Below are positions 38,863 through 47,637 of a stretch of DNA of 64,000 bases, one piece after another; position 1 is the stretch's first letter; each line of letters starts with the position of its first letter. The translations under genes and the position numbers were made by a program. Source of the stretch: Ruthenibacterium lactatiformans (GTDB taxonomy: Bacteria; Actinomycetota; Coriobacteriia; Coriobacteriales; QAMH01); NCBI GenBank assembly GCA_963614215.1, contig CAVECB010000006.1, positions 3,424 through 67,423 on the forward strand, written 5' to 3'. The notes beneath the pieces are model-generated. The model was not told the origin of the DNA and searched no databases. It saw only the letters and a list, made by a program, of their open reading frames with translations.

Positions 38863-40831
38863 GCTCCACCAGCTTCTTGCTCAAAAACTCCGCGTTGTCG
38901 GTCTCGGTTTGCGTGGGCTTGTACTTGTTCAGGAAGTCCGCCGCCTCGATGGTGCCGGAATACCACGACTGGCTGTTGAAATGGTCTTGCAGCCACTTGT
39001 TCTCGAACTTACGCCCATGCCGCGCCCATATCTCGTTTTGGGCGATGCATATCTGGTCGTCGCTCAGACCCGAGATGTCGGAATCGCTCAGCGCCTTCGT
39101 CGCGCTGTCCTTGAGCACGTAGGAGTTCGTGCCCGCCGTGTTGGTCGCGTTGCCGGCCGTGTTAGTCGCGTCGTTGCCCGACGAGCTATTCTGGTTGGAG
39201 CCAGACCCCGTATTCGATCCGCTCACCGAAGAGTCCGAGCTTTGGACGAAAGTTTGCCGCGTGAACGACCAGTTCGAGCTCCATATCGACTTCGAGACCG
39301 GCGCACTCGACTCCATGGACACCGTGAGCGTGTGCAGGTTGTCCTCGTCGTACCAGCTGTAGCCTTTGAGCCTCACCCCGTCGGAGCTGCCGTTCAAATC
39401 GAATTCGAAGCCAGTTTGGCTTAAGGAATGCTTCAGGGTGCCGCTTGCCTGCCCCGAAAGGTCAATTGTGTTTTCCGTGCCAGAGCCGCCCGGATGGTGA
39501 GCCATGGTGTAGTCGGCCACGACAGAATCCGCCGAGCAGGTCTTGAAGGTCATCGAAGCCGTCTCCTCCAACGAACCGGAAGAGGAGAAGAAATACGACC
39601 TCAGGTTGGAGGCGGCAAAGCTCATGCCCTCCAGCTCCGTGTATTTCGTGGTGAAGTTCTCGGTCTTGGCCTCGCCGTCGACGACCCAGCCCTTTTCCGC
39701 GTCGAACCTAAACTTCTGCGAGACGTCGACGGAATCCTCGCCCCACCAGTATTTGACGCCGTAGGTCTCCTTGGCGCTGCACGTCTGCTTTTCTGCATCG
39801 AAATCGCAGGTGAAGTTGTCGACGGAATTGGAGACGCAGTAGCCGGCCTTGCTTGCGACCTTGCCGCTGTCGAGGTAGAACACCTCGACGCCTTTTGTGG
39901 GCTTGGTGCTGTACCACGTCGCGCAAGAGGCCACAAGGTGTTTAAACCCGAAGCCCTCTTTGGTGAAATACCCTTGCGCGGTGTATTCCGACTCGAAGGA
40001 GTCGTTGGTCGCCTTGCCGTACCACTCGACGTAGTAGATGTCTTGGTTGGCCGACTTTATCCCGGATTTCACCGAAGAGGGAAGCTGCGAGTAGGCCGGC
40101 GAGGAGCTCTCAATCTTCTCGTTTTTGTTCAGGCGCGTGTCGCTGTATTTGTACTCCGAGCCGTTCGTGAATGCCGTCGAGATGAAACCGGAATCGTAGC
40201 TTTCCTTCATCGACTGCTCGAGCGCCGAGGCAGAGACCTGCGAGCCGAGGTAGTTGAACACGTTGAAACCGACGATGGCGACCACCACGACGGCCACGAC
40301 GCTGATGGCGATTTTCTTGTTCTTGGGCACGGACAGCCAAGCCTTGAGCCCGCCGCCTGTCGCGGGTGCGGCAGCGGATGCAGCAGCAGGCGCAGGTTCG
40401 GCGGCAGACGCAGACGCGGGCGCAAACGCATCTGCGGACGCGGCGGCAGGCTCGGGCGCCGCATTTGGCGCATCGGGCATAGGTGTCGTCGCAGCGGCGT
40501 CGTCTTTCGCATCGGACATGGGCGCCGTCGCAGCAGCGTCATCTTTCGCATCGTCAGGCTGCTGTGCGGCATCGTCGGCGCTAGCGGCAGCGGGCGCATC
40601 GCTTACGTCCGCAGCGGCTTCATCACCGGCACCGGCAGCAGCACCGGTAGCAGCACCTGCAACAGCACCGGCAGCGCCCGCATCGGCCTGTTTTTCCGCA
40701 TCAACGCTTTCATCCGGCTTCGAGAGGGCCTCGTCGCCCTCACGCTCTACTTTCTGCCCGCACTCGAGGCAAAACGCGTCGTCTTCCCCGATTTCCGTGC
40801 CGCAGTTCGTGCAAAACATCTTCGTGCTCAT
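38828..40831 (-). CDS. zinc-ribbon / single-TM / large extracytoplasmic domain / C-terminal YARHG-domain protein
   Basis: ATG at 40829-40831 (MSTKMFCTNCGTEIGEDDAFCLECGQK) within ORF 38828-41167. Ala/Asp-rich linker, one TM, about 400-aa Ser/Thr-rich ectodomain. C-terminal QNEIWARHGRKF (YARHG motif). Confidence 0.75.
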   Translation of the reverse strand: MSTKMFCTNCGTEIGEDDAFCLECGQKVEREGDEALSKPDESVDAEKQADAGAAGAVAGAATGAAAGAGDEAAADVSDAPAAASADDAAQQPDDAKDDAAATAPMSDAKDDAAATTPMPDAPNAAPEPAAASADAFAPASASAAEPAPAAASAAAPATGGGLKAWLSVPKNKKIAISVVAVVVVAIVGFNVFNYLGSQVSASALEQSMKESYDSGFISTAFTNGSEYKYSDTRLNKNEKIESSSPAYSQLPSSVKSGIKSANQDIYYVEWYGKATNDSFESEYTAQGYFTKEGFGFKHLVASCATWYSTKPTKGVEVFYLDSGKVASKAGYCVSNSVDNFTCDFDAEKQTCSAKETYGVKYWWGEDSVDVSQKFRFDAEKGWVVDGEAKTENFTTKYTELEGMSFAASNLRSYFFSSSGSLEETASMTFKTCSADSVVADYTMAHHPGGSGTENTIDLSGQASGTLKHSLSQTGFEFDLNGSSDGVRLKGYSWYDEDNLHTLTVSMESSAPVSKSIWSSNWSFTRQTFVQSSDSSVSGSNTGSGSNQNSSSGNDATNTAGNATNTAGTNSYVLKDSATKALSDSDISGLSDDQICIAQNEIWARHGRKFENKWLQDHFNSQSWYSGTIEAADFLNKYKPTQTETDNAEFLSKKLVEHGYDVNKAHPN

Positions 40832-40896
40832 CGACTCCCGAACCCCCTTCGACTCGATTCCCCTGAAAACCGCCCCACCCCGGCCAACAGGGCGTT

Positions 40897-41877
40897 TTAT
40901 CCGGCGATCCTGCCCTTCTTCTTTTCGTATATCCCCAAGATTCCGACGACGACCATGACAATCGAGGCAAATATGGAGAGGTAGAACCCGATGCCAAGGC
41001 TCATGAGCGAGCTGCTGGAGGAGATGCCGAAAAGAGACGACATCGACGACGCGACGCCGGCGACGCTGGAGATAGAGGACTGGAGCAGCATGTTCATCAC
41101 GGCAAAAACAATCAGGCGGACATGCCGGGTGGAGTTTTCCTTCGTGACGAGCAGGTCGATTAGACACAAAATGGGCGGGAAGAGATAGATGAAAAACAGC
41201 GCCGAAAACGAGGACGTGTAGGAAAACGACCCCGCCATCGACATGAGCGAGGCAAGCGAAAAGCTGGCCGTGACCTGGTCAGACGTGCTCGACGCGGCCG
41301 GCAGAAAGAAGCACAGCACCATCAGGGCGGCGGCGCACACTCCGACGATGTCCCACAGGGAGCGGCCGCGCAGAAGCGACGACGAGGAATTGTCCAGCTT
41401 GCCCTGCAGGTTGGAGATTCCGCCCTTCACATCCACGGAAGGATGCGCCTGGGCTTGTTGGGGCGGCACCTGTGCTTGAGGTGGTACCTGGGCCTGCTGT
41501 GCCTGCTGTTGCGGAGGCACCTGCGTCTGCTGTGCCTGTTGCTGCTGCTGCGGCGACACCTGGGCTTGTGTTTGCTGCGCTGGCTGCGCTTGAGATTGCG
41601 TCTGCTCCTGCGTTTGCGCGGGCGCCGGTTCGGACTTTGCCTCGGGCGTCGGTTCGGACTTTGCCTCGGGCGTCGGTTCGGATGCCGTCTCGGCCGGTTG
41701 CGCAGGCGCAACGTCAGCCGCAGGCACCGTCTCTACGACCTTTGCGGCTTCCTTTTTCTCCTCTGCGGTCTCGGGCGCCGCAGCCGCAGCGGCCGCTTGC
41801 GCTTCGAGCTTGGTGCCGCACCCCCTGCAAAAGTTCGCGCCGTCCGGGTTTTCCGTTTTGCAAGATTGACATTTCAT
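40897..41877 (-). CDS. zinc-ribbon protein with Q/P-rich linker and C-terminal multi-TM domain
   Basis: 326 aa. MKCQSCKTENPDGANFCRGCGTK. Low-complexity PQQ/SEPTPEAK repeats. Four to five predicted TM helices. Confidence 0.7.
   Translation of the reverse strand: MKCQSCKTENPDGANFCRGCGTKLEAQAAAAAAAPETAEEKKEAAKVVETVPAADVAPAQPAETASEPTPEAKSEPTPEAKSEPAPAQTQEQTQSQAQPAQQTQAQVSPQQQQQAQQTQVPPQQQAQQAQVPPQAQVPPQQAQAHPSVDVKGGISNLQGKLDNSSSSLLRGRSLWDIVGVCAAALMVLCFFLPAASSTSDQVTASFSLASLMSMAGSFSYTSSFSALFFIYLFPPILCLIDLLVTKENSTRHVRLIVFAVMNMLLQSSISSVAGVASSMSSLFGISSSSSLMSLGIGFYLSIFASIVMVVVGILGIYEKKKGRIAG
41626..41684. repeat. 24-bp tandem repeat x2.4 inside the zinc-ribbon gene
   Basis: cggttcggactttgcctcgggcgt repeated at 41626-41649 and 41650-41673, plus a partial third unit. 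Encodes the SEPTPEAK repeats. Confidence 0.85.
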
Positions 41878-42233
41878 GAATGTGGACCTCCTGTTTTTAG
41901 TCGATGCGGCCTCGCGCAGATGTGGCTTCCCTGCGCCTCGGCGCCTGTGGAAACTCCCCCTTTAAAGTCCGTCAAGTGTAGCACGCAACACCCCTCTCCA
42001 AATCTTCACAAAAGCTTCGCTTACGGCAGACGGGGCTTTTGTGCTTGAATGGGTGCAGCGCGTCAGAAGAGGCGGACTCCACATACCGCTTGCGTACGAA
42101 GCGCTCGCCTGATTCATGTCCGGCGGGTGCTTTTTTGTTGCCTGCGGCATGCCGGCGCAATGCCTCGCCCGTCCCTTTCTTTTCGCGTTCCAGCCCGGCG
42201 CATGGACCGGGATCCGCTTGAAAGGAAACATTC

Positions 42234-43769
42234 GTGAACAAAGCTTCGAACGCGGCTGCCGCGTGCAACGCCGCACAGGCACCGCACGCCGCCAGCACGC
42301 CCGGCGCCCCCGCGCCCCGCACCGCGCATCCCCACCCCTACCTGGCCATGATGGGTCTGTATCTTGGTGGGTTCACCGGCATGTACAGCGAGACGGCGCT
42401 CAACGTCGCCTTGCCCCAACTCTCCAGCGCCTTCGGTGTCGAGCTGTCCGCGGTGCAGTGGCTCGTCGTGGGATACATGCTCGCCATCGGCATCGTCTTG
42501 CCCTTCTCCGGCCTTTTGCTCAAGTGGTTTTCCGCGCGCAAGGTCACCCTCTTTGCGCTGGCCGCGTTTTTCGTCGGCGCGCTGGCAAGCGGCCTGTCCA
42601 TGAACTTTCCTACGGCGCTTGCCGGCCGTGTGATCCAAGGCGTGGGCACGGGCCTCATTTTGCCGCTCATGTTCTCCATGGTCGTCGAGGTCGTGCCGCC
42701 GCATAAAATCGGCGCAGCCATGGGGATAAACGCGCTCGTCATCATGTCGGCCACCGCCATAGGACCCACGCTGGCCGGCGTACTCGTGGGCTGCCTGTCC
42801 TGGCGCTGGATCTTCTTCAGTTTCGCCATCATCTTGGCTGTGGGCTTTGCCTTCACCGTGAAGTTCCAGCCCAACCCCTACGAGCTGACGCGTCCGAAAA
42901 TCGACCTTCTCTCCGTGCTTGCCTCGACGGCAGGTTTTGGCGGCGTGGTTTTGGGCGTGGGGATGTCGAGCTCGTTTGGCTGGGGGTCGGCGCCCGTCGT
43001 AGCCGCGCTTGTCGTCGGGGCAGCCGCGCTCGTCGTCTATGTACGCCGCCAGCTGGCCATGGAAGTACCCGTCATCAACCTACGCGTTTTCTGCATCGAC
43101 GGTTTCCGCGTCGGGGCGCTAGCCGTGACCTTAAACTTCTCCATCACGCTGTCGGCCATGTACGTCTTGCCGCAGTTCTACCAAAACTCCATGCTGCTTG
43201 CCGTCGGGCTGACGGGACTGGTGATGCTGCCGGGCGGTGTGGTGAACGCCATCGTCAGCATGCTGGCCGGGCGCGTCTACGACCGCATCGGGGCGAAAAA
43301 GCCCGCCGTCGCAGGCTTTGTCCTCTCGATTGTCGCCTGCGTCATGCTGCTGTTCACCACGCCCGACTCGCCGCTGGGATATGTCGTTGCCTGCCACATC
43401 GTCTTGGTGGTGGGCGTGCCGCTGGCCATGTCGCCGTGCCAGACGCACGCGCTTGCCAGCCTGCCGCGCGAGATGTCCACCGACGGCAGCACCATGCTCA
43501 ACACCCTGCAGCAGGTCATGGGTGCCATCGCGACGGCCGTCGCCACCTATCTTGTGACGAGAGGCTCGCAGCTCGCGGCCGGCGGCGGCATGGATACGGC
43601 AGCGGCGTTTGCACAGGGCGCGCATTGGGGCATCGTCTTTTCGCTCGTGCTCGCCGTCGCGGCACTCATCCTTGCACTGCGCCTGAAGTCCACCGCCCGC
43701 GAAGACGAGCCCGTCGTCATCAGCACGCGCGACGAGGGCAAAGCCGAGAGGCTTGGGGCGCGCGCCTGA
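42234..43769 (+). CDS. MFS transporter, DHA2 (EmrB/QacA-like, 14-TMS) family
   Basis: 511 aa. GTG start at 42234 (an internal ATG at about 42348 is also possible). Motif LPQLSSAFGV...VQWLVVGYML. Many TM segments. Confidence 0.87.
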   Translation: MNKASNAAAACNAAQAPHAASTPGAPAPRTAHPHPYLAMMGLYLGGFTGMYSETALNVALPQLSSAFGVELSAVQWLVVGYMLAIGIVLPFSGLLLKWFSARKVTLFALAAFFVGALASGLSMNFPTALAGRVIQGVGTGLILPLMFSMVVEVVPPHKIGAAMGINALVIMSATAIGPTLAGVLVGCLSWRWIFFSFAIILAVGFAFTVKFQPNPYELTRPKIDLLSVLASTAGFGGVVLGVGMSSSFGWGSAPVVAALVVGAAALVVYVRRQLAMEVPVINLRVFCIDGFRVGALAVTLNFSITLSAMYVLPQFYQNSMLLAVGLTGLVMLPGGVVNAIVSMLAGRVYDRIGAKKPAVAGFVLSIVACVMLLFTTPDSPLGYVVACHIVLVVGVPLAMSPCQTHALASLPREMSTDGSTMLNTLQQVMGAIATAVATYLVTRGSQLAAGGGMDTAAAFAQGAHWGIVFSLVLAVAALILALRLKSTAREDEPVVISTRDEGKAERLGARA

Positions 43770-43878
43770 CAACGAAAGCGCGGCGGCGAAAGACGTTAGC
43801 GGAAAAGCCCGGCCGCAACGCGGCGTTTCCCATGCGGGATGCCCCGCGTTGCGCCGCGAACCGCCGCGAACCGCCGCG

Positions 43879-44385
43879 TCAGGATATCGCCTCCAACCAG
43901 CTGCGGGCATCTGTCGCATCCATCGCCGCGACGGGACAATGGCGCAGCAGCTGCTCGTCGCCCGTGACCAGAGCCATCGCATCCGCGCGGAGAGCCGCCG
44001 CGATGAGCAAATTGTCCTCGTAATCAGAATGGAGCGCCCTGTGCTTGCAGGCAAGCTCGACGTCTGCCTCGTCGCATCCGACAGCGCAGGCCAGCGAGCG
44101 CATGGCAAGCAGGGCATCCCAAGCCGTGTCCCGCGCGACATGCGCATCTTGTTCGGAAAGGGCTGCGCCATGTTGCTCGCGCAAAAGGCGCTTTGCCTCT
44201 CTTTCGACGAGGAAGTACAGGTCTTTGCTCGTGGCGACCGTGTAGAGCAGGGCAACTTCCTCGCGCAATGCGAGCTTGATAAAGGCGACGGCTGCCGCAT
44301 GCCCGCGGCGGGAGGCGATGAAGTAGTCGAGCCATACGTTCGTATCGACTATAAAGCAGCGAAAGGGGGCGGAGACGGCATTCAT
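43879..44385 (-). CDS. PIN-domain toxin (VapC-like)
   Basis: ATG at 44383-44385 with GGGAGGGG RBS. FIVDTNVWLDY..., DYEDNLL and VTGD acidic residues. ATGA overlap with the upstream antitoxin gene. Confidence 0.8.
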   Translation of the reverse strand: MNAVSAPFRCFIVDTNVWLDYFIASRRGHAAAVAFIKLALREEVALLYTVATSKDLYFLVEREAKRLLREQHGAALSEQDAHVARDTAWDALLAMRSLACAVGCDEADVELACKHRALHSDYEDNLLIAAALRADAMALVTGDEQLLRHCPVAAMDATDARSWLEAIS

Positions 44386-44759
44386 GCAAGGAACCCCTCC
44401 CGCTCGGCCTCGTCCCATGCCCGACCTTTCAGGTCTTCGAGCGGGGCATCCAGCGACGAGAAGAGTGCAGGGTCGGCACCCGCTTCTTTCAACCTACACT
44501 CGAACAAGCCGGCTTTTTCCTCCGCTATCCGCAGTAGCTCCTCTTTTTGCGCTGCACGGTTTTTCGCCGCAATCCCCTTTTGACCAGGGCGCAAGAAAGA
44601 AACGATATCTTCGGGCGAGGATGCGTGGAGGCTCGCGAACTCCCATAGAAAGCGAACCGCCTGCGTGGGAGTGAAACCCGCCGAGGCAAGCGCCGCATCT
44701 CCCTTCGATTTGAGTTGCGGGTCTATCCTTGCGTTTATCTGCGCCGTGGCTGCTTGCAT
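44382..44759 (-). CDS. RelB/DinJ-like (RHH) antitoxin
   Basis: Preferred ATG at 44757-44759 (MQAATAQINARIDPQLKSKGDAAL...) with GAGGAGGAGGGG RBS. ORF track extends to 44780. Confidence 0.68.
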   Translation of the reverse strand: MQAATAQINARIDPQLKSKGDAALASAGFTPTQAVRFLWEFASLHASSPEDIVSFLRPGQKGIAAKNRAAQKEELLRIAEEKAGLFECRLKEAGADPALFSSLDAPLEDLKGRAWDEAEREGFLA

Positions 44760-44880
44760 ACGTCCCCTCCTCCTCGACATCGCAGCGTGCCATGATGGTA
44801 GACAAAGTAGTGCAAGCTGTAAAGCAAAACGTAAAGCAAATCGGCATTTTGAATCTGATGAAGCACAGTTCGGCTCCCTC

Positions 44881-44920
44881 TTGACAGCCGAGCGTGGATA
44901 TAGATAATGAGAATCATTCC
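44881..44920 (+). promoter_or_regulatory. rubrerythrin promoter (TTGACA-17-ATAATG) with overlapping Fur/PerR-like box
   Basis: TTGACA at 44881-44886 and ATAATG at 44904-44909. GATAATGAGAATCATTCC at 44903-44920 resembles the Fur-family box GATAATGATAATCATTATC. An ATTCCT-ATTA-AGGAAT palindrome follows. Confidence 0.45.
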
Positions 44921-44983
44921 TATTAAGGAATCAATGAGTACCACGAGAAGGGGGTTTCTCCCCCGCGAGAGGAAGGTTTCACC

Positions 44984-45541
44984 ATGAAGTTTGTATGCCC
45001 CGTGTGCGGTTATGTGGAAGAGTTCGACGGCGACGAGCTGCCCGCCGACTTCGTCTGCCCCCAGTGCGGCGTGCCCGGCAGCAAGTTCACCAAGATGGGC
45101 GGCGAGATGACCTGGGCCGCCGAGCACGTGGTGGGCGTCGCCAAGGCCGACGGCGTTTCCGACGACATCGTCGAGGACCTGCGCGCCAACTTCAACGGCG
45201 AGTGCTCCGAGGTCGGGATGTATTTGGCCATGTCGCGCGTGGCCTACCGCGAGGGCTATCCCGAGGTCGGCGAGTACTACAAGACGGCCGCCTTTGAGGA
45301 AGCCGAGCACGCCGCGAAGTTCGCCGAGCTTTTGGGCGAGGTCGTGACCGATTCCACCAAGAAGAATCTGGAGCTGCGCGTCGAGGCTGAAAACGGCGCC
45401 ACCGCCGGCAAGGTCGACCTCGCGACGAGGGCCAAGGCCGCCGGGCTGGACGCCATCCACGACACCGTCCACGAGATGGCTCGCGACGAGGCCCGCCACG
45501 GCCGCGCATTTGCTGGCCTGCTGAAGCGCTATTTCGGCTAG
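44984..45541 (+). CDS. reverse rubrerythrin (N-terminal rubredoxin-like + ferritin-like diiron domain)
   Basis: 185 aa. CPVCG...CPQCG at the N-terminus. EAEHAAKF and EARHGRAF diiron motifs. Confidence 0.92.
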   Translation: MKFVCPVCGYVEEFDGDELPADFVCPQCGVPGSKFTKMGGEMTWAAEHVVGVAKADGVSDDIVEDLRANFNGECSEVGMYLAMSRVAYREGYPEVGEYYKTAAFEEAEHAAKFAELLGEVVTDSTKKNLELRVEAENGATAGKVDLATRAKAAGLDAIHDTVHEMARDEARHGRAFAGLLKRYFG

Positions 45542-45550
45542 GGTTTTGTT

Positions 45551-45591
45551 GAACGGACGCCCCCTTTTGCCCTGGAGGCGTCCGTTCTTTT
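45551..45591 (+). terminator. rho-independent terminator of the rubrerythrin gene
   Basis: GAACGGACGCC (45551-45561) pairs with GGCGTCCGTTC (45577-45587), followed by TTTT. Confidence 0.75.
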
Positions 45592-45634
45592 CGAAAGTGC
45601 CGCCTTCTTTACGCAGGCAGCTCCTTTAGCGCTC

Positions 45635-46618
45635 CTACTCGGCGTCCTCGCGGCGCGCGATAGCGTTGTCGTAGCTCTTGGTGCCGACGAAGATTTCTTT
45701 CGTGTAGGGGTTGTGGCCGAGCTTCTTGCTGCGGTAGAACACGTAGCCGAGCGCCGCGATGTTGGCCACCAGCGCCAGAATCGAGATGACCAGGTTCACG
45801 TCCGGGTTGTTCACGCTTTGCACGGCAAAGATCGAGTCGTTGGCAAACATCGGCACGACCTGGCAGAACATGCACCACAGCGCCAGGGTGTTCGCGCGGT
45901 TTTGGATCCAGCCGCCTTTGTTCCAAATCAGGCCGGCCACCGTTGGCGCGAGCAGCAGCGCCAGGCCGCAGTACCAGCTGTGCGTGGGCAGGCAGTTGTA
46001 GGTGTAGCAGAAGTTCCAAATGTCGTAGGAGATGATGAAGACCCAGGTCATGTCCGGCCACAGCATGTCTTGCTTCTTCTTGGAGACGTAGATGCCGAAC
46101 CAGCCCGTCATGACGAAAATGTTCATCAGACCGGCGATGCCGTTGAAGACGTTGTGCCAGCCGCCGTTTAACGTCACGCCCTCGCTCGAGACCCAAGTCG
46201 TGCCGAAGGCGCGGATGGCGCTCTCGAAGTCGGAGACCACGGCGATCAGGATGTTGATGGCCACGATGACGAACGGGAAGCACTTAAACCAATGCGACTT
46301 GCCGATGCTGCCCCACTGGTATTTCAGCACCATAAAGCCGATGCAGCCGGCCGTCGCGGCATAGAGCTTCGCGTAGTGAAACCAGCTGTTCATGTCTGTG
46401 TGTGTCGGGTTGGCGAGTGCCCAGCCCTGACCGAGCGCGGCACATACGGCCACAACGACGAAGTAGACCGTCAGGCAGGCGGGCAGCACGAGGAAGCAGA
46501 AGACGCCGCCGGCTTTGGAGCGGCGGGCGAACTCGTTGGCCAGGATGAGGGCGATGAAGACGATCGCCCATCCCACCCATTGGAACACGGCGTTGTCTCC
46601 GTACACATCAAATAGCAT
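45635..46618 (-). CDS. polytopic membrane protein of unknown function (Trp/aromatic-rich)
   Basis: 327 aa with about 9-10 hydrophobic segments. No motif I can assign. Good codon-usage continuity. Confidence 0.7.
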   Translation of the reverse strand: MLFDVYGDNAVFQWVGWAIVFIALILANEFARRSKAGGVFCFLVLPACLTVYFVVVAVCAALGQGWALANPTHTDMNSWFHYAKLYAATAGCIGFMVLKYQWGSIGKSHWFKCFPFVIVAINILIAVVSDFESAIRAFGTTWVSSEGVTLNGGWHNVFNGIAGLMNIFVMTGWFGIYVSKKKQDMLWPDMTWVFIISYDIWNFCYTYNCLPTHSWYCGLALLLAPTVAGLIWNKGGWIQNRANTLALWCMFCQVVPMFANDSIFAVQSVNNPDVNLVISILALVANIAALGYVFYRSKKLGHNPYTKEIFVGTKSYDNAIARREDAE

Positions 46619-46759
46619 GGCAGACCCCTTTCATGTAGGCAAAACGCTCGCTTCGGTCTCCCTTCAGGCTCGGAGACGAGCTTTGATAAGGGGATTATGC
46701 CACGCTTTCACACACAATTTCTCCACAATTTTGAAAATGGGGAAAACTCCTGCTTGCGG

Positions 46760-47611
46760 CTATTGTTCACGCGTCGGGCGCGCGTTTTTGGAGCCACGGC
46801 ACAGCTGCCAAAAGGCCACGGCACTTGCCGCCGCGACGTTGAGCGAATCGATGCCGCGGTCCATAGGGATCTTCACCGTGTAGTCGCAGGCCGCTATCGT
46901 GGATGGAGCCAGTCCGTCGCCTTCCGTGCCGAAGACCAGCGCCAGGCGCTCCTCGGCGTTCAAGGCCGCGTCGTCAATGTCCACGCTGTCGTCTTCAAGG
47001 GCAAACGCCGCCGTGGCAAAGCCGTGCGCGCGTATGCGCTCGATGCCCGGATGCGGCCAGTCGGATGCCTCGTTGCCGATGCGGCACCACGGCAGCTGGA
47101 AGACGGCGCCCATGCTCACGCGCACGCTGCGGCGGTAGAACGGGTCGCAACAACTCGGGGTGACGAGCACGCCGTCTGCCCCGAGGGCTGCCGCGCTGCG
47201 AAAAGCCGCGCCCACGTTCGTGTGATCGACGAGGTTTTCGAGCACGGCGATGCGGCGGGCGCCCGACAGCACCTCCTCGACGCTCGGCAGCGGCGGACGG
47301 CGGAAGGCCGCAAGCACGCCGCGTGTGAGGTTGAAGCCAGTCAGGCCCCGCAGTAGCGCCTCGTCGCCCGTATAGACCGCCACCTCGCCGCAGCGCTCTA
47401 TCAGTTCGGCGCACGAGGCGACAAGCTTGCGGCCCATGAGCATGGACACGCAGGAAAGGCCGGCATCGAGCGCGCGGGATATGACCTTGGGCGATTCGGC
47501 GATGAGCAGACCCTTTGCCGGCTCGAGCTTGCTGCGCAGCTGCCGCTCGGTCAGGTGCGCATACACCTCAACCCCTGGCGCATCCAGGCTTTCTATCTCG
47601 ACAAGCTTCAT
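46760..47611 (-). CDS. SpoU/TrmH-family RNA 2'-O-methyltransferase
   Basis: ATG at 47609-47611 (MKLVEIESLD...). Motifs LENLVDHTNVGAAFRSA, LVFGTEGDGL, IPMDRGIDSLNVAAA. Confidence 0.87.
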   Translation of the reverse strand: MKLVEIESLDAPGVEVYAHLTERQLRSKLEPAKGLLIAESPKVISRALDAGLSCVSMLMGRKLVASCAELIERCGEVAVYTGDEALLRGLTGFNLTRGVLAAFRRPPLPSVEEVLSGARRIAVLENLVDHTNVGAAFRSAAALGADGVLVTPSCCDPFYRRSVRVSMGAVFQLPWCRIGNEASDWPHPGIERIRAHGFATAAFALEDDSVDIDDAALNAEERLALVFGTEGDGLAPSTIAACDYTVKIPMDRGIDSLNVAAASAVAFWQLCRGSKNARPTREQ

Positions 47612-47637
47612 GCACGCCCTCCTCTCATACCCCGCAC

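Noticed and set aside
39428-40984. 518-aa plus-strand ORF
   Set aside because: It is antisense to the zinc-ribbon/YARHG gene, whose zinc-ribbon, TM and YARHG features support the minus-strand reading.
43131-44300. 389-aa minus-strand ORF
   Set aside because: It is antisense to the well-supported MFS transporter and overlaps the PIN gene out of frame. No recognisable motifs.
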